Source: Octopus sinensis (taxonomy: Eukaryota). Taken from it: 64,000 nucleotides of DNA. The position numbers and the translations under genes are program-made. Each line of letters opens with the position of its first letter. Position 1 is the first letter of the stretch. The stretch spans positions 47,306,001 to 47,370,000 of the forward strand of contig NC_043012.1 in NCBI RefSeq assembly GCF_006345805.1, given 5' to 3'. The notes under the pieces were generated by a model. The model did no database searches. It had not been told where the DNA came from and was given only the letters and a program-made list of their open reading frames with translations. This document shows positions 1 through 13,150 of the stretch, in pieces.

Positions 1-29
1 ATAATGATAATAATAATAATAATAATACT

Positions 30-693
30 GGACTAAACTAAATGCAAAAGAAATAGACAAAGAAAAATCCCAGTAAGGTTGAGAAGTTCAGGACTCAATG
101 CAGAGACAGAGGGATTTTTAATTGCAGCACAAGACCAAATCCTCCCCACCAGAAACTACCAAAAACATGTAATGCAAAGAAATATAACAAGTAACTGAAG
201 AATATGTGGAGATGGACAAAAAACAATAAATCATATTATCTCCAGCTTCCCAGTCCTGGCTAAGAAGGAATATATTCACAGACATGACACAGTTGGAACC
301 TACATAGATTGGAAGCTATGCCAACATTATGGAATAACAACAAAAAAGATGGTATAGGCACACACCAGAAGAGGTCACAGAAAACGAGAAAGCAACCATA
401 CTCTGGGATATGCCGATACACACAGGTAGAGAAACTAAGGCCAACAGGCCAGATATAGTTGTCAGAGATCGTGAAGAAAAAAAAATGCTTTCTAATTGAT
501 GTATCAATACCGGCAGATGACAACGTGTCTCTAAAAGAAATGGAGAAACTCTCAAAATACAAAGACCTGGAAATAGAGGTAACCAGAATGTGGAATCTAA
601 AAACAGAAACAATTCCTATCATAGTAGGTGCATTAGGCATGATAAAAAAATATTCAGACAAATACATAACAAAAACACCAGGACTTACAAACT
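30..693 (+). mobile_element. 5'- and 3'-truncated R4/Dong-clade non-LTR retrotransposon fragment (CCHC zinc knuckle plus restriction-like endonuclease), frameshifted
   Basis: Reading across frames gives GLNAETEGFLIAAQDQILPTRNY, RICGDGQKTINHIISS, RHDTVG, ILWDMPIHT, NRPDIVV, CFLIDVSIP, KLSKYKDL and IPIIVGALG, the usual RLE-LINE C-terminal motifs. Preceded by (TAA)n at 1-26. Confidence 0.88.
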
Positions 694-694
694 C

Positions 695-1936
695 CTAGGG
701 CAAAGAAACTCATATTATACATTGGTAGGCAATTAAACTAAACTCACTAGTTCGTTCATTTTTTGGGGGGATAGAAATAAAGTTAAATTAAATTACATGG
801 GTAGTAATAGTTCTCACATCGAAAATGCTCTTCTCAATACGTGTGATGTACCAGTTAAGACAATCTTTTGCACTTCTTGCAGGGATGGTAAGCCAGTGAT
901 CATTCTCATATAATTTTCGGTTCCTTTCTTGATCATTCCTAGTGCTCCTACGATCACTGGTATTGTAACCGCCTTGAGATGCCACATTTTCTCAATTTCA
1001 ATGAGTAGGTCTTTATATTTTCTGAGCTTGTCAAACTCTTTCGCTGAGATATTATGATCGCAGGCGATGCTCATGTCGATCAATAAGCAAACTTTATTGT
1101 TTTGGTCTTTCACAACAATATCTGGTTTATTGGCCTTGATGGTTCGGCCTGTATGTACTGGGAAGTCTCACAGAATGGTTACATTTTCTCCTTCAGTTAC
1201 AGCCTCAGGTTGGTTATTATACAACTTGTCGGCAGTTTTGATATTGTAATGCCGACTTATGAGCCAGTGGAGATATTGGCCAAGTCTGTCATGTCTTAAT
1301 TTATACTCCACTGGTGCTAAGACTTTACATCCAGAGATTAGGTGGTCCACTGTTTCAATCATGTCGTAGCAGAATCTGCATTTTGGGTCTGCTCCATTTT
1401 TCATCACATTGGCATGGTAGTTCCGGGTTAATAGGCTTTGATCTTGAACAGCCAGGATGAAACCTTCGCTCTCTGCTTTTAGCCCTGAGCTCCGTAGCCA
1501 CTGATGGGTTTGCTTCTGGTCAACATCAGCTTGTTTGCTGCGGACCGCATATTTGCCGTGCAGAGGTTTCTCCTCCCACCTATCAGCCAATTGCTCGAGC
1601 GCTTTTTTCGTTGCCATTATTTTCACCTTCTTTGCAACAATAGTTGCCATACTTCCCTTGGGTTGTTCAGTTTGGGTATCCTGCACGAGATCAATAGCAA
1701 ATTTTTTGCTTTCCTTTATGATAGAATGAAGCTTCTTTCGTCTCTCGTGATTTTCCACGAGCTTTAGCATCCAGTCATTCGTTATTTCAAGATATTTGGC
1801 CAGTCGAATTGTGGTTGTTTTGTAAGCTAGTTCAAATTGGATCAGGCCTCGACCTCCTTGGGCTCTGGGAAGGTAAAGGCGACCTACGTCTGCCTTTGGG
1901 TGGTGTATCCTATTACAACTCAGCAGCTTGCGTATT
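695..1936 (-). mobile_element. 5'-truncated R4/Dong-clade LINE, C-terminal part of the ORF with one in-frame stop, plus partial 3' UTR
   Basis: One frame from about 1935 to 814: HHPKADVGRLYLPRAQGGRGL, WEEKPLHGKY, CRFCYDMIETVDHLISGC (CCHC), RHD, TIL*DFPVHT, NKPDIVV, LLIDMSI, KYKDL, IPVIVGALG. The stop at 1168 replaces a conserved W. The 5' end abuts (TAA)n at about 1937-1952. Confidence 0.92.
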
Positions 1937-1952
1937 TATTATTATTATTATT

Positions 1953-2510
1953 GAGTGAGAGAGCAGTTCATGCCATCAAAGTGACACTGGGGTAAAATAT
2001 ACGAAGCCCAATATACCCATCATGACTACCCGTCTGATAAAGGTACACCAGGCACATGCATCACAACCATATGTGCGCGACATGGTGATCTCATATCAAG
2101 ATAAACAGCACATGACCTTGCAGGTGGGGCCCAGTTAGAATTTTCTTCAGGTTGAGTAGCCCATCCCGCTCAAACGGTCCCTGAATAAGGGTTGTTTAAG
2201 GGTGTTGAAAGAACCACCCATGTTTCCAGAGGTGAACTATTCAAACCCCAAAGAATCCCTCTCAACACATGGCTATGATGCTCCCCCACTACTTCTGCTC
2301 ATGATCAGAGATGCACATATCGTCAGCCACTAAGGGACATGCTCAACTGGTTAAGGTCAAACAACTGACAAGCAAATCTGTGGTATTGAGCAGAATATTT
2401 GCTGTAGCCCATCTTTTATACCAAGACAAAACAATGTACATGATAACACTTCCAATCAGTTAAGATCAGAAGCCATGAGAGCCACTGCCTGGTACTGCAT
2501 CAGGGCATTT
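1953..2510 (-). mobile_element. About 560-bp non-coding interspersed repeat bounded by (TAA)n on both sides
   Basis: No ORF of 60 aa or more in the track. Flanked by TAT repeats at 1937-1952 and 2511-2589. A diverged partial copy at 28675-28910 also ends at TAT repeats. Strand is inferred from the TAA-tail orientation. Confidence 0.7.
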
Positions 2511-2513
2511 ATA

Positions 2514-2579
<66 letters not shown>

Positions 2580-2589
2580 TTACTATTAT
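2511..2589. repeat. (TAT/TAA)n microsatellite
   Basis: Direct reading. Confidence 0.95.
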
Positions 2590-2799
2590 CTCTCAAAATA
2601 TTTAATTAAGAAATCAAACAGGATATCTTCCCTGAAATATATTTGCATTTATGTAGATAACAGTTACATTATAACTTAGACGTTAATGCATTGCAAATGA
2701 ATTAAGAGGTGTAACACACACACACACAGACACACACACACAGACACACACACACACACATACACACACACACACACTATACGTCTCTGGGTCATTCAT

Positions 2800-3250
2800 T
2801 GATATTATAAGGCTTTACATTATTTTATTCAATGTTTCCTCATGTCTCATTCTTGTAGTATCATTTGTATATATTTTATTGGGTCTGTGATTACCTAGTA
2901 AGAGGTTCTACTATATATTTAAATTAAAACATGCTCACGCATATAACCAGTTTAGTGTAGATTTTATGCGAACAGACAGTTGACTAAGCATACTCCTCCT
3001 AATTTGGGTTTCTGAAATTTGAATACATAATTATCTAATTTGTATATTTTATTAAATCTAGAACAACTTGTTCCTTTTGAATTGACCAGCAGTTGTTCGT
3101 TACAGATATCGTGTTGTTCACGTTTAGGAGTATTAATTATCCAAATTTAGCAATTTCCTGAATATTTCTACATTTGGGGTTTGAAATTTCGTGGAAATCT
3201 TCAGGCCAAAGTTATGATGCACAAATATGCAATACAGTATACGTATAATT
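2800..3250 (-). mobile_element. Possible heavily decayed Penelope-like GIY-YIG fragment
   Basis: Weak resemblance on the minus strand (NNCWSI, and EEYA*ST versus the usual EYIGQT), with many stops. Confidence 0.25.
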
Positions 3251-3699
3251 TGTTTATAATTTTAAGAACTAATAAAATTTATGATACATGGTTTGTTCCA
3301 TTTCATTAACTTTATGGGATAACGAGGTCGGTCTAAAGCATGGTTTGAACATCACATTTCCTTATAATTAAGCGAAAGAGCATTTCACATCAAGTTTCAG
3401 ACCCCAATACTGCAGGACACATTGCACAAAGTAATTTTTTTTACCAAGTAAAAGCTGTTACCAAGTAAAAGCTGTTAAAGTAAAAGCTGTTAAAAAGTTT
3501 AATCTGCCGTAGATTTTATAAGCCGTATATCTGTATTTAATTCAATGCAAATATATAAGACATTGCATTTGTAAGATGGGGTTTCAAATCCTTTGATTCC
3601 TTAACTAAAAAATATACTGACATAAAGTGTAAAAATACTACAAAAGTGCTCCAGTACTGTATTTATATAAAAGCCACTCACTCATTCTATATCAACTAT

Positions 3700-4115
3700 A
3701 TTTGAGACTTGGTCGACCATAGCGCGTTACTTGAAGAGTTTTAGTCGAACGAATCACTACCAGAGACAAATTTGTTTAAGACTGGTACTTTTGCTATCAG
3801 CCACTTCTGAGGTACTTCCAGGTTTCGGAGACGAACGCAAACCAACAGCGGTTACTGGACGATGGTTGCTCACTAACGTAAACGCATACATCCGCACCCC
3901 CTATATATTCATATACATATACATACATACATATATATATATATATACATATATATATCATGTGAATATTTCACCTGCGGGCCACTCACATGGCTTCGGT
4001 AGGTTCCTGTCAATACTGGGATATAGTAGACTTCCCCAAGGATCCACGGATTGTGACTGAATCCGGAACAATGTGGTTGTGGAATAAAATTCTTAATCAC
4101 ACAGCCACGCCTGTG
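3700..4115 (-). mobile_element. Diverged copy of SINE family A (see 14052-14466)
   Basis: Contains homologues of the head (ccggaacaatgtggtt...cacacagccacgcct) and of the tail (gagacttggtcgaccatagcgcg...tagtcgaacgaatc), with a central (TA/CA)n tract. Confidence 0.65.
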
Positions 4116-5099
4116 ACTAAAATGAATGTTATTGCGTGCGTCGGTCTGTGAAAGGACGATGGCAACCGCCTTGGCATGCGACCATTAGGCTATAAAAATA
4201 CATCTTCACAGAAGTAGAAAAATACGTATTCATTTTAAAACGTTGAATCCTCTAGAAATCAGTTGAACCCCCAGATGACATTTCCGAAGCCTCCAGTGAA
4301 CAGGTGCAATGTTCAGAGCTTGGACGATTTCAAAGGTTTTATCATTTATTCACGTTTACGCACATGTTTCTGATATTTGCCTGAAATTGCAAAAGGCTAC
4401 TCCATATATGTCATATTTGTGAAACTCTACTAAAAGAGCGTGTTTCCATTTGTGAAGAGAAAACAACCTCTATGGAACATCAGTGATTGAAGTTTTTCAA
4501 ATTGAAATTGGTCTGCATTTCCTCTCATTTTCTATGATACATTCTTCAACAGTAAGTGCAATTTGACCATTTTTAGGAACGATTTTAAGCAGTCTTTGCA
4601 TGATTTTTATTGAAGGATTGATCACCATTTATCATTTGCTGCGAGAGCTGGAAATCATGCTAACGAACAAGATGTCGTAAGTAGCTGAAAAGTAATTTGG
4701 TGAGAAAGAAACTGTAAACTGTCCACTCCTTGATATCGCAATTGGTGTTTTCCACTTAGGTCAATGACATAGCGATCATCGTTTTCACAAGTATATTTAA
4801 TGAAACTGTTCCTTTAAATTCATTCCCTAATTACACATAGCTCATATTTTCCCTGAGGATAAAAACAAAATGTTAAAAGCTGCTTTTCACAATCAAATAC
4901 TTTAACACCTATTCCTATGTCACTCTTGGGACATATATACATTCAGGGTCTGACAAGCATATATATGCTTTTTTATGACGAGGGTGAGTCGTAAAATACG
5001 TCTCAGAAGGAAAATGTTTGTGTATGACCAAATATTTTAAAGACATATAATGTGTATTATGATTTTGCAGTCGTGAAAATTTTCATCTATGACTAGTTG

Positions 5100-6250
5100 C
5101 TCACGAGCCTCATGAGAAATCACTCTGTTGCAATTATCTGTATAAAAACACGTTTAATTAGAATGAACGCTAATTGTGGTGAATTTAAAATTCTTCTGAA
5201 TTTGAATACCTCATTTAGATTATTTGATGTGGATAGCATCTGGGTTATGTGAAATACTACAGTCAATTATATAATGAATAACTTATATTTAACAACATAT
5301 ACAAATTAGAATTTATTTTATACTAGAATGATTCGGAGAAAGAATCACTCAATGTTATGTCTACCATTGTCGTTACGTCCTCCATGCATAAAACTCACAA
5401 GAACAACTATATATAAATTAAGCAGCATTGCTACGGTAGGAAAATTACTTCGAAATATATCATGTTAATGGTTTCAATTTATTTTACGGAGAACAAATAA
5501 GCATCACTTTAGCATATTTTGAACTCAACTCTTTTCTTGAAGCTGATAGACAAGGAAGGAAAATATATACGCTACATTAATACGTTTCTGTTTAGAAATT
5601 AATCTGGGAAACATAGGTTCATTGAAGATATTGGCCAATTAATATAAAATTGTTCATGATAGCATTTTCCAGACGACAGGGGATAATAACTTAGTTTAAA
5701 TAAAGAAAACCACCTCTATCTTTCTCCTCTCACACTGTGAAATCATCCAATCCATACGTAGTAATCGTAGAAAGTTTAGTTCCCTCTCGCCACATTCAAC
5801 GAATAGGATAGACACATAAACAATACGATAAACCACTGATTATGTTCAAATTATCTATTTTTAATCTTGAATCTTCAAGAGATATATTGTTTAAGACAAC
5901 TTATTTGCCCATTATAAATTCTGGATTTCTTTCATATTCTTTAATGACATATGGAAATAGCTTCTATTTCTGATCGGAATTTCGTTGAACATAAAATGAG
6001 CGATTCGGTAAATTTCATTTTGATTTATGTTGTTATCAGTCCGTACATTCGATTGTATCACGGTGTTGATGTTATTAAAGTTGAACTAGTGCAATATTTG
6101 ATGTTATTCACGTGTTATTAATGTGTAGTTCTCGTCAATTTAGCTCTTAATACAAAGAACTTAAAAATACTAGTTAATCAAACTTTGGACAATTTTTTTC
6201 AGAAGATAAAAACTTGAAAGTTCTCGAACTGAGTCATGTAACATTAGTTT
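5100..6250 (-). mobile_element. Possible highly decayed retroelement (Penelope-like RT) remnant
   Basis: A-rich minus strand with faint similarity to PLE RT segments; no intact motif. Confidence 0.2.
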
Positions 6251-6549
6251 TTGTTTTAGAATTATGTTTACAATATTACATCTTTGCAACAAGATACATA
6301 TGACATTTGTTTTGAAATACCAGCACCATAAATATACAGACACACACACTAAATATTATAGTTATGGGACTTCAATTTTGATGATGGGAATTAATTTTGG
6401 TGTCGTATCTTACCTTCTATTAAAATATAAAAATTATAAGATATGTTATATGGTAGATTATATTACATTACATATGTTATATGCTATGGATTGTATCGTA
6501 TGGTGTGCTATATGTATTATTATCCTATGTAACCCCTGCTTAGTTAGTC

Positions 6550-7028
6550 TGACTTCATCCTATTTTGGTGTTTACACTAAATTTCCTTTCTATGGCATTC
6601 TAGAGTACTAGTCATATTATGTATATTTATAGGGATTCTATGAAAGTATGTCTTCCTTGACTATATCCTAAATGTCCTGGAAACTATAAAATCATACATG
6701 CAATAACACCTATAATATTATAACTTATAAAACCTCTTCTGTTTGAATAACTATAACTGCCCTTTCTACTGCCATATATATTACCCCCCCCCTGTTTAGA
6801 TTATATTTACCTTTTCCTACTTATAGTTTTAATCCGCTGTCTCTTTAAATGTATGTTATATGTATTTCTGATTATTTTCTATAAAATCTTATTACTTTGT
6901 TATCTTATTTTCATATCCTTACCTTATAAATTTTTAGTTTTCGTGTTCTTAAATTGATATTTTTCAGTTACTTATATGTCTATGCTAGATATTTATACCA
7001 TATTCTTCCATATAAGCGTATAAATACT

Positions 7029-7096
<68 letters not shown>

Positions 7097-8300
7097 TATA
7101 TACATATATACATGCATATATGCACATATATGTGTGTGTGTATATAAAAAACCCTCTTTGTATTTGTATCTGTATGCATTATTTTTACACTTTACTTCAC
7201 ATACTTATAGCAGTACATATTTCCGACTATATTTATATTTTATACTTTATATTTTATACTTTATACTTAATTATGTCTATGTATTACCATTATCTTATTA
7301 TTCCGCTTCTGTTTCATTCGTTAATTTAATAGATAGTATGAATATCTTTCCAGATATTCCATATGTAAGTGGCTTGAACATTCCTTATAGAAACTACCTA
7401 ATCATTAATTAATTAATTAGATAAAAAGGAGGTATTAAACTCATTCTAGATAATAGCAATCTTCTGTTTCATGTTTTTAATTGATAGATACAAATTTTTT
7501 ACCTATTTTAGTTGTCATATCTTCTTTGGGGGGAATTCTTAAATTTTATTTCTTTTTACACAACATAACAATATTGCTTATAAACGTTCCCCGATCGTGT
7601 CCCAAATAATATTTTCCCTGTATCAGCATTTAAGCTTCTTGGTGTCTTTCCCCTTTAACAAGTAATCAATAACATGATTTAAAGTCTACTCCTACCCTGC
7701 CTCTTTTTATAGACTTCTATCTCATTGACTCTTCCTAAAGTTTTGTTGCTTTTCTCTTGGGGAAAAGAGGACACCTATGATAATATATATGACTAGTAGC
7801 TAACCATGAGATGTCAACTCACGCTTCTTCTTTATTCTAAATATGTACAGTCTTCTAGTTTCAGATTTTAGTAGATGGTAATGAAATAGATATACTGGAA
7901 ATAAATTACAACTCTATGAACCCTATTATGCTCCATGCTATTCTAAGAAATTGTAGTCTGTTTTCTTAGCCACTTACTCTTAAAATATTTAAGAATATTA
8001 TATTAATGTATCCTACCTGTTGAAGTTCCATATATATCTTTTTTGGGTGCAACTGGAGATAGCATTGCATTAAACTTTAATGTAATTGCATTGTTCACTT
8101 AAATTGATCCAATTGAAACTGTCGAAATTTCATGTCCAAATTTTCCTCCAGAAATCTCTGGTGTTCTCTGTTGAGAAAGAGACATGCTTGATACCAAAGT
8201 GATGAATATTCTTCAAAATACTGATTTATTTTTTTTTTTTGAGTCATTGACTGCAACTCTATTAGGTCTCAATCACCTCGGGTTGCGCAATTTTAAAACG
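6550..8300 (-). mobile_element. Possible highly decayed LINE RT remnant interrupted by (TA)n
   Basis: Minus-strand remnants such as KGKDTKKL..YRG (near 7620-7660) and SKQGG (near 6790) occur in RT order. Confidence 0.3.
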
Positions 8301-8628
8301 AATATTTCAAGTTTTCAGAAGTTTTTTTCATTTTCTACTTTCTTCTTAAATCAACTTTACTATCACAACTATGGAAGGAAGTTTTAACAAAAAGAAGTTA
8401 TTCCGTCGTTAAAAAAGAGAAAAGAGAATTACTTAAATTGGCTGAATGATTTATTTCCTGAAGAAGAAATGATGAACCTAAAAGAAAAACTAAAACTGTA
8501 TGAGGTTGTTTATATTTTAAATTAATGATATTTCCAGAAATATGTGGACAGATGACTTGCATTCTATGTTCCAGTAGTGAATAATTTGGTAACGTTTTGA
8601 TTCCAGTATCAATAATCTATTGATAAAC

Positions 8629-8629
<1 letters not shown>

Positions 8630-8723
<94 letters not shown>

Positions 8724-8749
8724 GTCTGTCTGTCTGTCTGTCTATCTAA

Positions 8750-8805
<56 letters not shown>

Positions 8806-8806
8806 T
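8630..8806. repeat. (TCTA)n/(TCTG)n microsatellite
   Basis: Direct reading. Confidence 0.95.
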
Positions 8807-9072
8807 TATCTCTCTTTCTATCTGTCAAGTTTTTTCTTCCTCTTCTTCTTCTTCTTCTCCTGAAGACGGCGGTAAGAAAGTGATAATCTTTTTAATTTTT
8901 TGCTTTCAGCGGTGGAATTTTAAAGTTTCATTTTGTATTTAACTGTTCCTTTAAAGCAATTACATGACTTCGCAAAATAAGGGTGGGATCGGCTTTTAGG
9001 ACAGTAATATAGACAGGATTTCCCACAGCTTCCTCTCATTGTTCCCATTCTGAACCTACGTAGGCGCAACGG

Positions 9073-9229
9073 TTGACTGGCACTCCGTCGGTTATGACGA
9101 CAGGGATTCCAGTTGATCCGATCAAGCAACGTGAAATTGAGTGTTTCGCTCAAGACACATCGCGTCACTGGGGATTGAACTTACGACCTTACGCTCGTGA
9201 GCCGAATACCTTAACCACTATGCCACGGC
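9073..9229 (-). mobile_element. Internally deleted tRNA-derived SINE (family B head joined directly to the gatcggatcaactggaa tail)
   Basis: Minus strand: A-box tggcatagtgg, B-box agttcaatccc, then ttgatcggatcaactggaatccctgtcgtcataaccgacggagtgcc, homologous to the tail at 36870-36910. Confidence 0.75.
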
Positions 9230-10869
9230 TGCAGCAACAAATGCCACGCGAAAAAAGAATTAGAATGCATAACCTGTGAAACAACACCACCATTATTGCA
9301 TCATGTGACATTAACAGCGAATGTAAACCCAATAGAATGACATCAGCCCCAGCAAGGATACACTTTATCAGAACTACAACAGCATTACCACCACCATGTC
9401 AAGGGAATTTTCGGTGGCCATGCAACACTTTCCCTACTACAGTTATCATTTCTCCTACAACAGTAGATAAAAACCAACTGGAAAACGGCTTGTTCGACAG
9501 CAATCAGCTCCATCACAATTATATTTCTACTGAATGTGTGAGATCCACCACCACCGAAAGGAAAAAGTTATATCTCAATAGTTAAGCCACCTGAAACTTT
9601 TGCAAATACAACTCAAGTCACAGAGCGATGAAATGAAAGAAGGTTAAACGATTTCTCAAAAGGAGATAAAGAATAATAAAAACTTATTCAGTCACCTCAT
9701 CGAATAAATTACACGACTCACAGTGATTTCTTTTAATAATTAAGAAGGTTTGAAAGAGCTAACCAGGACAAGTGGAAGTTGTCTGCTGCTCGACTGGGAA
9801 CAAATATAAGTTGCGTCTCGTGACTGTACAAGTTCGTAAAATCGCTGTTAGATTTGGGTTTGAATTTGAAGCGAATGATCACACCTCAGTACCAATGAAA
9901 TAGGAAGAGATTAACGACACCAAAACCTTGTTTCAAAGACAAGCGTACTGAAAGTGCCGCTAGGCACATTCCTTATCACATTTAGTACTCGGTGGCTAAT
10001 GGTGGTCGATGCATCTAGTGATAAAGATAAGACAGTCTTGAAGGTAATGCGCGCCAAACTGGCCAGGTAGAGTCATGACGCTATTAAACCAAATGAATCA
10101 AGTTAAACTCGAAACAGTCTGTAGTGTCATAGAATGAATAAACTGTACTAGTTTATTAATGACGTTTGTGGATATAAAGCAAACTAATGATATTTGTAAG
10201 GCAACCAGCAACCTAAGTATTTTCCGCTAATATCGGAGGGAAAAACGAACGGCTCCAACAGCTCCAAACACTAAAACTGATAAACAGCTACATGAAAGAT
10301 AGCGTGTCATAAAAACAACATTATTTAGTCGATAACCATGCATAATTATTGGAGCGGCAGAAAATACGTTTTGGAGCAGATGCATTGTCACTTTGCGATC
10401 TGACTTCAAATATGCTGTGCTCCTCTTTGGTTTGATTCCCTTTGTTGTGTCAATATGATCAGATAAAAATTAAGTATTGGGTTCGGAGTAATCCAGTGTT
10501 TCTCTCTATTCAACGTTTCTGGTGTTGTGCGGCAATTAGAAACCATTATTGATATTGTTACGGAGTTGGTGTAGTAGAAACATCAGGGCCACAGAAAAAT
10601 ATTCTTCGGTATCGAATCTTATCCATCAAAATTGATTCTCGTAACGGACGGGCGTGGTGACTCTTCGATCGCAGGTAACGATATTTCATTCTTTAGGGTG
10701 TTAGCTAAAATAAATAGTTATCAGTGGGTATCTTATATAGGGAATATACGAAAAATTATCCCAACAGTTTTACATTGTTATATAACTTCAAGTTATATAA
10801 AATACAGCCATCAGGGAAGAGGCAAAATATAATTCTGCCACCGAACTCGATAAAAGAAATAAAAGAAAA

Positions 10870-11082
10870 GTATTGTTTTCAAATTTGGGCAGAAAGTCAA
10901 CAAGTTCGGGAGGTATAAGTCGATTACATCGACCCCTGTGTTTAATTAGTATTTATTTTATCGGCACCAAAAGGATGATAGCAAAGTTGTCTTCGGAGGA
11001 ATTTGAACTCAGAATGTAAAGATGGTCAAAATGCCGCTAAACATTTTGCCAAGTATGCTACAGATCGTGCCAGCTCACCACC
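10870..11082 (-). mobile_element. SINE family C copy
   Basis: Minus strand ggtggtgagctggcacg...gttctgagttcaaattcc...catcctttt...ggggtcgatgtaatcgact, homologous to 60413-60600. Further diverged plus-strand copies lie at about 10340-10800. Confidence 0.75.
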
Positions 11083-11123
11083 AAACAACGCTTGCATATA
11101 AAAAAAATATGGGAGAATGGATA

Positions 11124-11998
11124 TACAGGTTGTTCGGGTAAAAGGAAATGATTTTTATATCCCCCTTCCTTCAGGAACAGTGTGATGTACTGGCGAGTAA
11201 TCAACACCGTTGGAGATCATAACGCTTAATGCTGTCATTGAAAAAGGATTCCTGATTTGGAGGACTTGAATACATATGACTTATTGGAAAAGAGAAACCT
11301 GTATCATGATAATTCACGCTGGGCAAATGCCAACATCCTGACTGTCGCTTTATGCACTATGGGCATTTGACTGTCGCTTTATGCATTATGGGCATTTGAA
11401 AGGTTTTAAGATGTAACATGGACAAATCCATCACTAGGCCTTTAGGTGTTTCACTGGTAACCGTTATCTCATGTCACACCACATCAATAAACAGAGACAT
11501 AAGTTCAATTCACACATCTATATGAAGGTTCTGGAGATTATGGTCGTCGCACTCTGGCTGGAGAGGGCTGTTGCTGGAAGGTCATATTTATGGAAGAAAC
11601 ATTTAACTTCCTTACTATATCAAAGGAAAAATCGGAAGTGTTCATCGGAAAATTACTACTTCGCCAGTCTCAGTTTGTGGTATCCTAATTCGTCCGATTA
11701 AAATTCCTTTTCATTTGTGTAGGGTGCGGTTGAAAAATACACCAACCACTCAGCCTGCAACACCTAAGCCAACATAAAAGTGGTGTTGGAAGATCTTCTC
11801 AAGGATATAGTGAGGAACGCCTCCGGTAGGTTACGGAGCCGTGTTGAAGCTGGAGAGGAAGTTGAGGGCTGCTACTTGGAGTAAACTATTATCTCTCTGC
11901 TATAATCTAGTTCATATCTTTTGACTTTTCAAAGACCTTTATTTTGAATCGAATATTGTGTTTTCGTTTTTTTTAATGCAAACTGCCTCTGAACCGTA
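11124..11998 (+). mobile_element. Decayed, internally deleted Tc1/mariner-superfamily DNA transposon
   Basis: Starts TA|caggttgttcgg. C-terminal transposase remnants WLERAVAGRSYLW and LWYPNSSD*NSF (compare WPPNSPDLNP), then GAVEK..NHSACNT and GRLRSRVEA..EVEGCYLE*. Confidence 0.7.
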
Positions 11999-13073
11999 AC
12001 GCTATTACGTTGTCTTGTTGCGAGTTGAGAGTGGGATACAAATTAAACAAGACTTCCAAATTTCTAACTTACTTGTGAGAGAGTAAAAAGAGGAAAATAA
12101 CTTACCCACAGAAAAAAAAAAAACAAGAGTTATTTAGAAACTACAACTTACGCGCCAGTGTATATTTACGATTGATAGCCAGCGATAGCAAAGAAGAATG
12201 TGAGTGAGCAGGAGGAAACTCAGAAAAATCAAATATGCTAGTCAAAGGAAAGAAAAGAATGGCACTTTTCAGAAAAGAATTGTTAACACAGGTAGAAGAA
12301 TAAGAATCAAAATCTGACAGGTATATTGAATCAAGGTAAGTTTGTACTTGGATATACATGACATACAAAAAAGGAGGATATTGGTAAAAATAGCCGAGAA
12401 AACATATTTTAATTCAAGCAAGACTTCCCTGGTGGAGAGATGCGTTGTTACTCTTAACTACTCAATACCTGCCTAAGGAGACTTCATTAGCAGAAATTTT
12501 AATACCAAACGTTGGCAAAGGGTGGTGTAATCCAAACAAGGCGATGATGTGTTATCCGGAGACGGGAAAGAAGTCGATATATTTTTCATATCTTATTTTA
12601 TTCTTTTACAAGTTATATCATCATTTGATTATGACACGTTTTCTTAGTTTTTCTTTTTTTATCTATTACGTATATGTATTGTGTTATTTCATGATTTTTT
12701 AGCATCTTTCTCTCCGCACATCACTTGTGTATAACACCCTCTCTCCAATACAATTTGCGCCCTTGCTTTAACAGTTTTTGGCTTAGTTATTATTTTGCCA
12801 TGACTCCTTGTGGAGAGTAAATAATAACAATTTCTATTGTTGTCCTTTGTCACATGATGTCTATTGCAGTTGTTATTTTTTATTTTCTCGCGCAACGACC
12901 CATTTGTTCTAAATGATTACTTGGTGCAAGACTTATGGTGGACATCGGGATCGATTTTCATCTAGCAGCCCCAAATATTTAAAATATTTTCTAAAATTTT
13001 GTCTGTCAACCACGTATGAGAACCTTTTCTTTCTATTCATATGATCCTTTCAAATGATGACGATAATGGACAA

Positions 13074-13150
13074 TGGTGGTGGTGGTGGTGATGATAATTA
13101 TGATGATGAGGAGGAGGAGGAGAAGGAGGGTGAGGATGATGATGATGATG
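13074..13150. repeat. Compound (GGT)/(GAT)/(GAG) trinucleotide repeat
   Basis: Direct reading. Confidence 0.85.

Noticed and set aside
4200-5100. Possible decayed DNA-transposon coding sequence
   Set aside because: Looks like former coding sequence, but I could not recover any motif to assign it.
6954-7412. Long ORFs rich in YI/IY, CV/VC, HT or LSIY (also 34770-35479, 38904-39237, 52240-53727, 55535-56126)
   Set aside because: Translations of stop-free (TA)n, (CA)n and (TATC)n microsatellites, not genes.
12140-12340. Possible exon ending at a consensus donor (AAG|GTAAGT near 12334)
   Set aside because: No convincing open frame, acceptor or recognisable protein; likely decayed transposon sequence.
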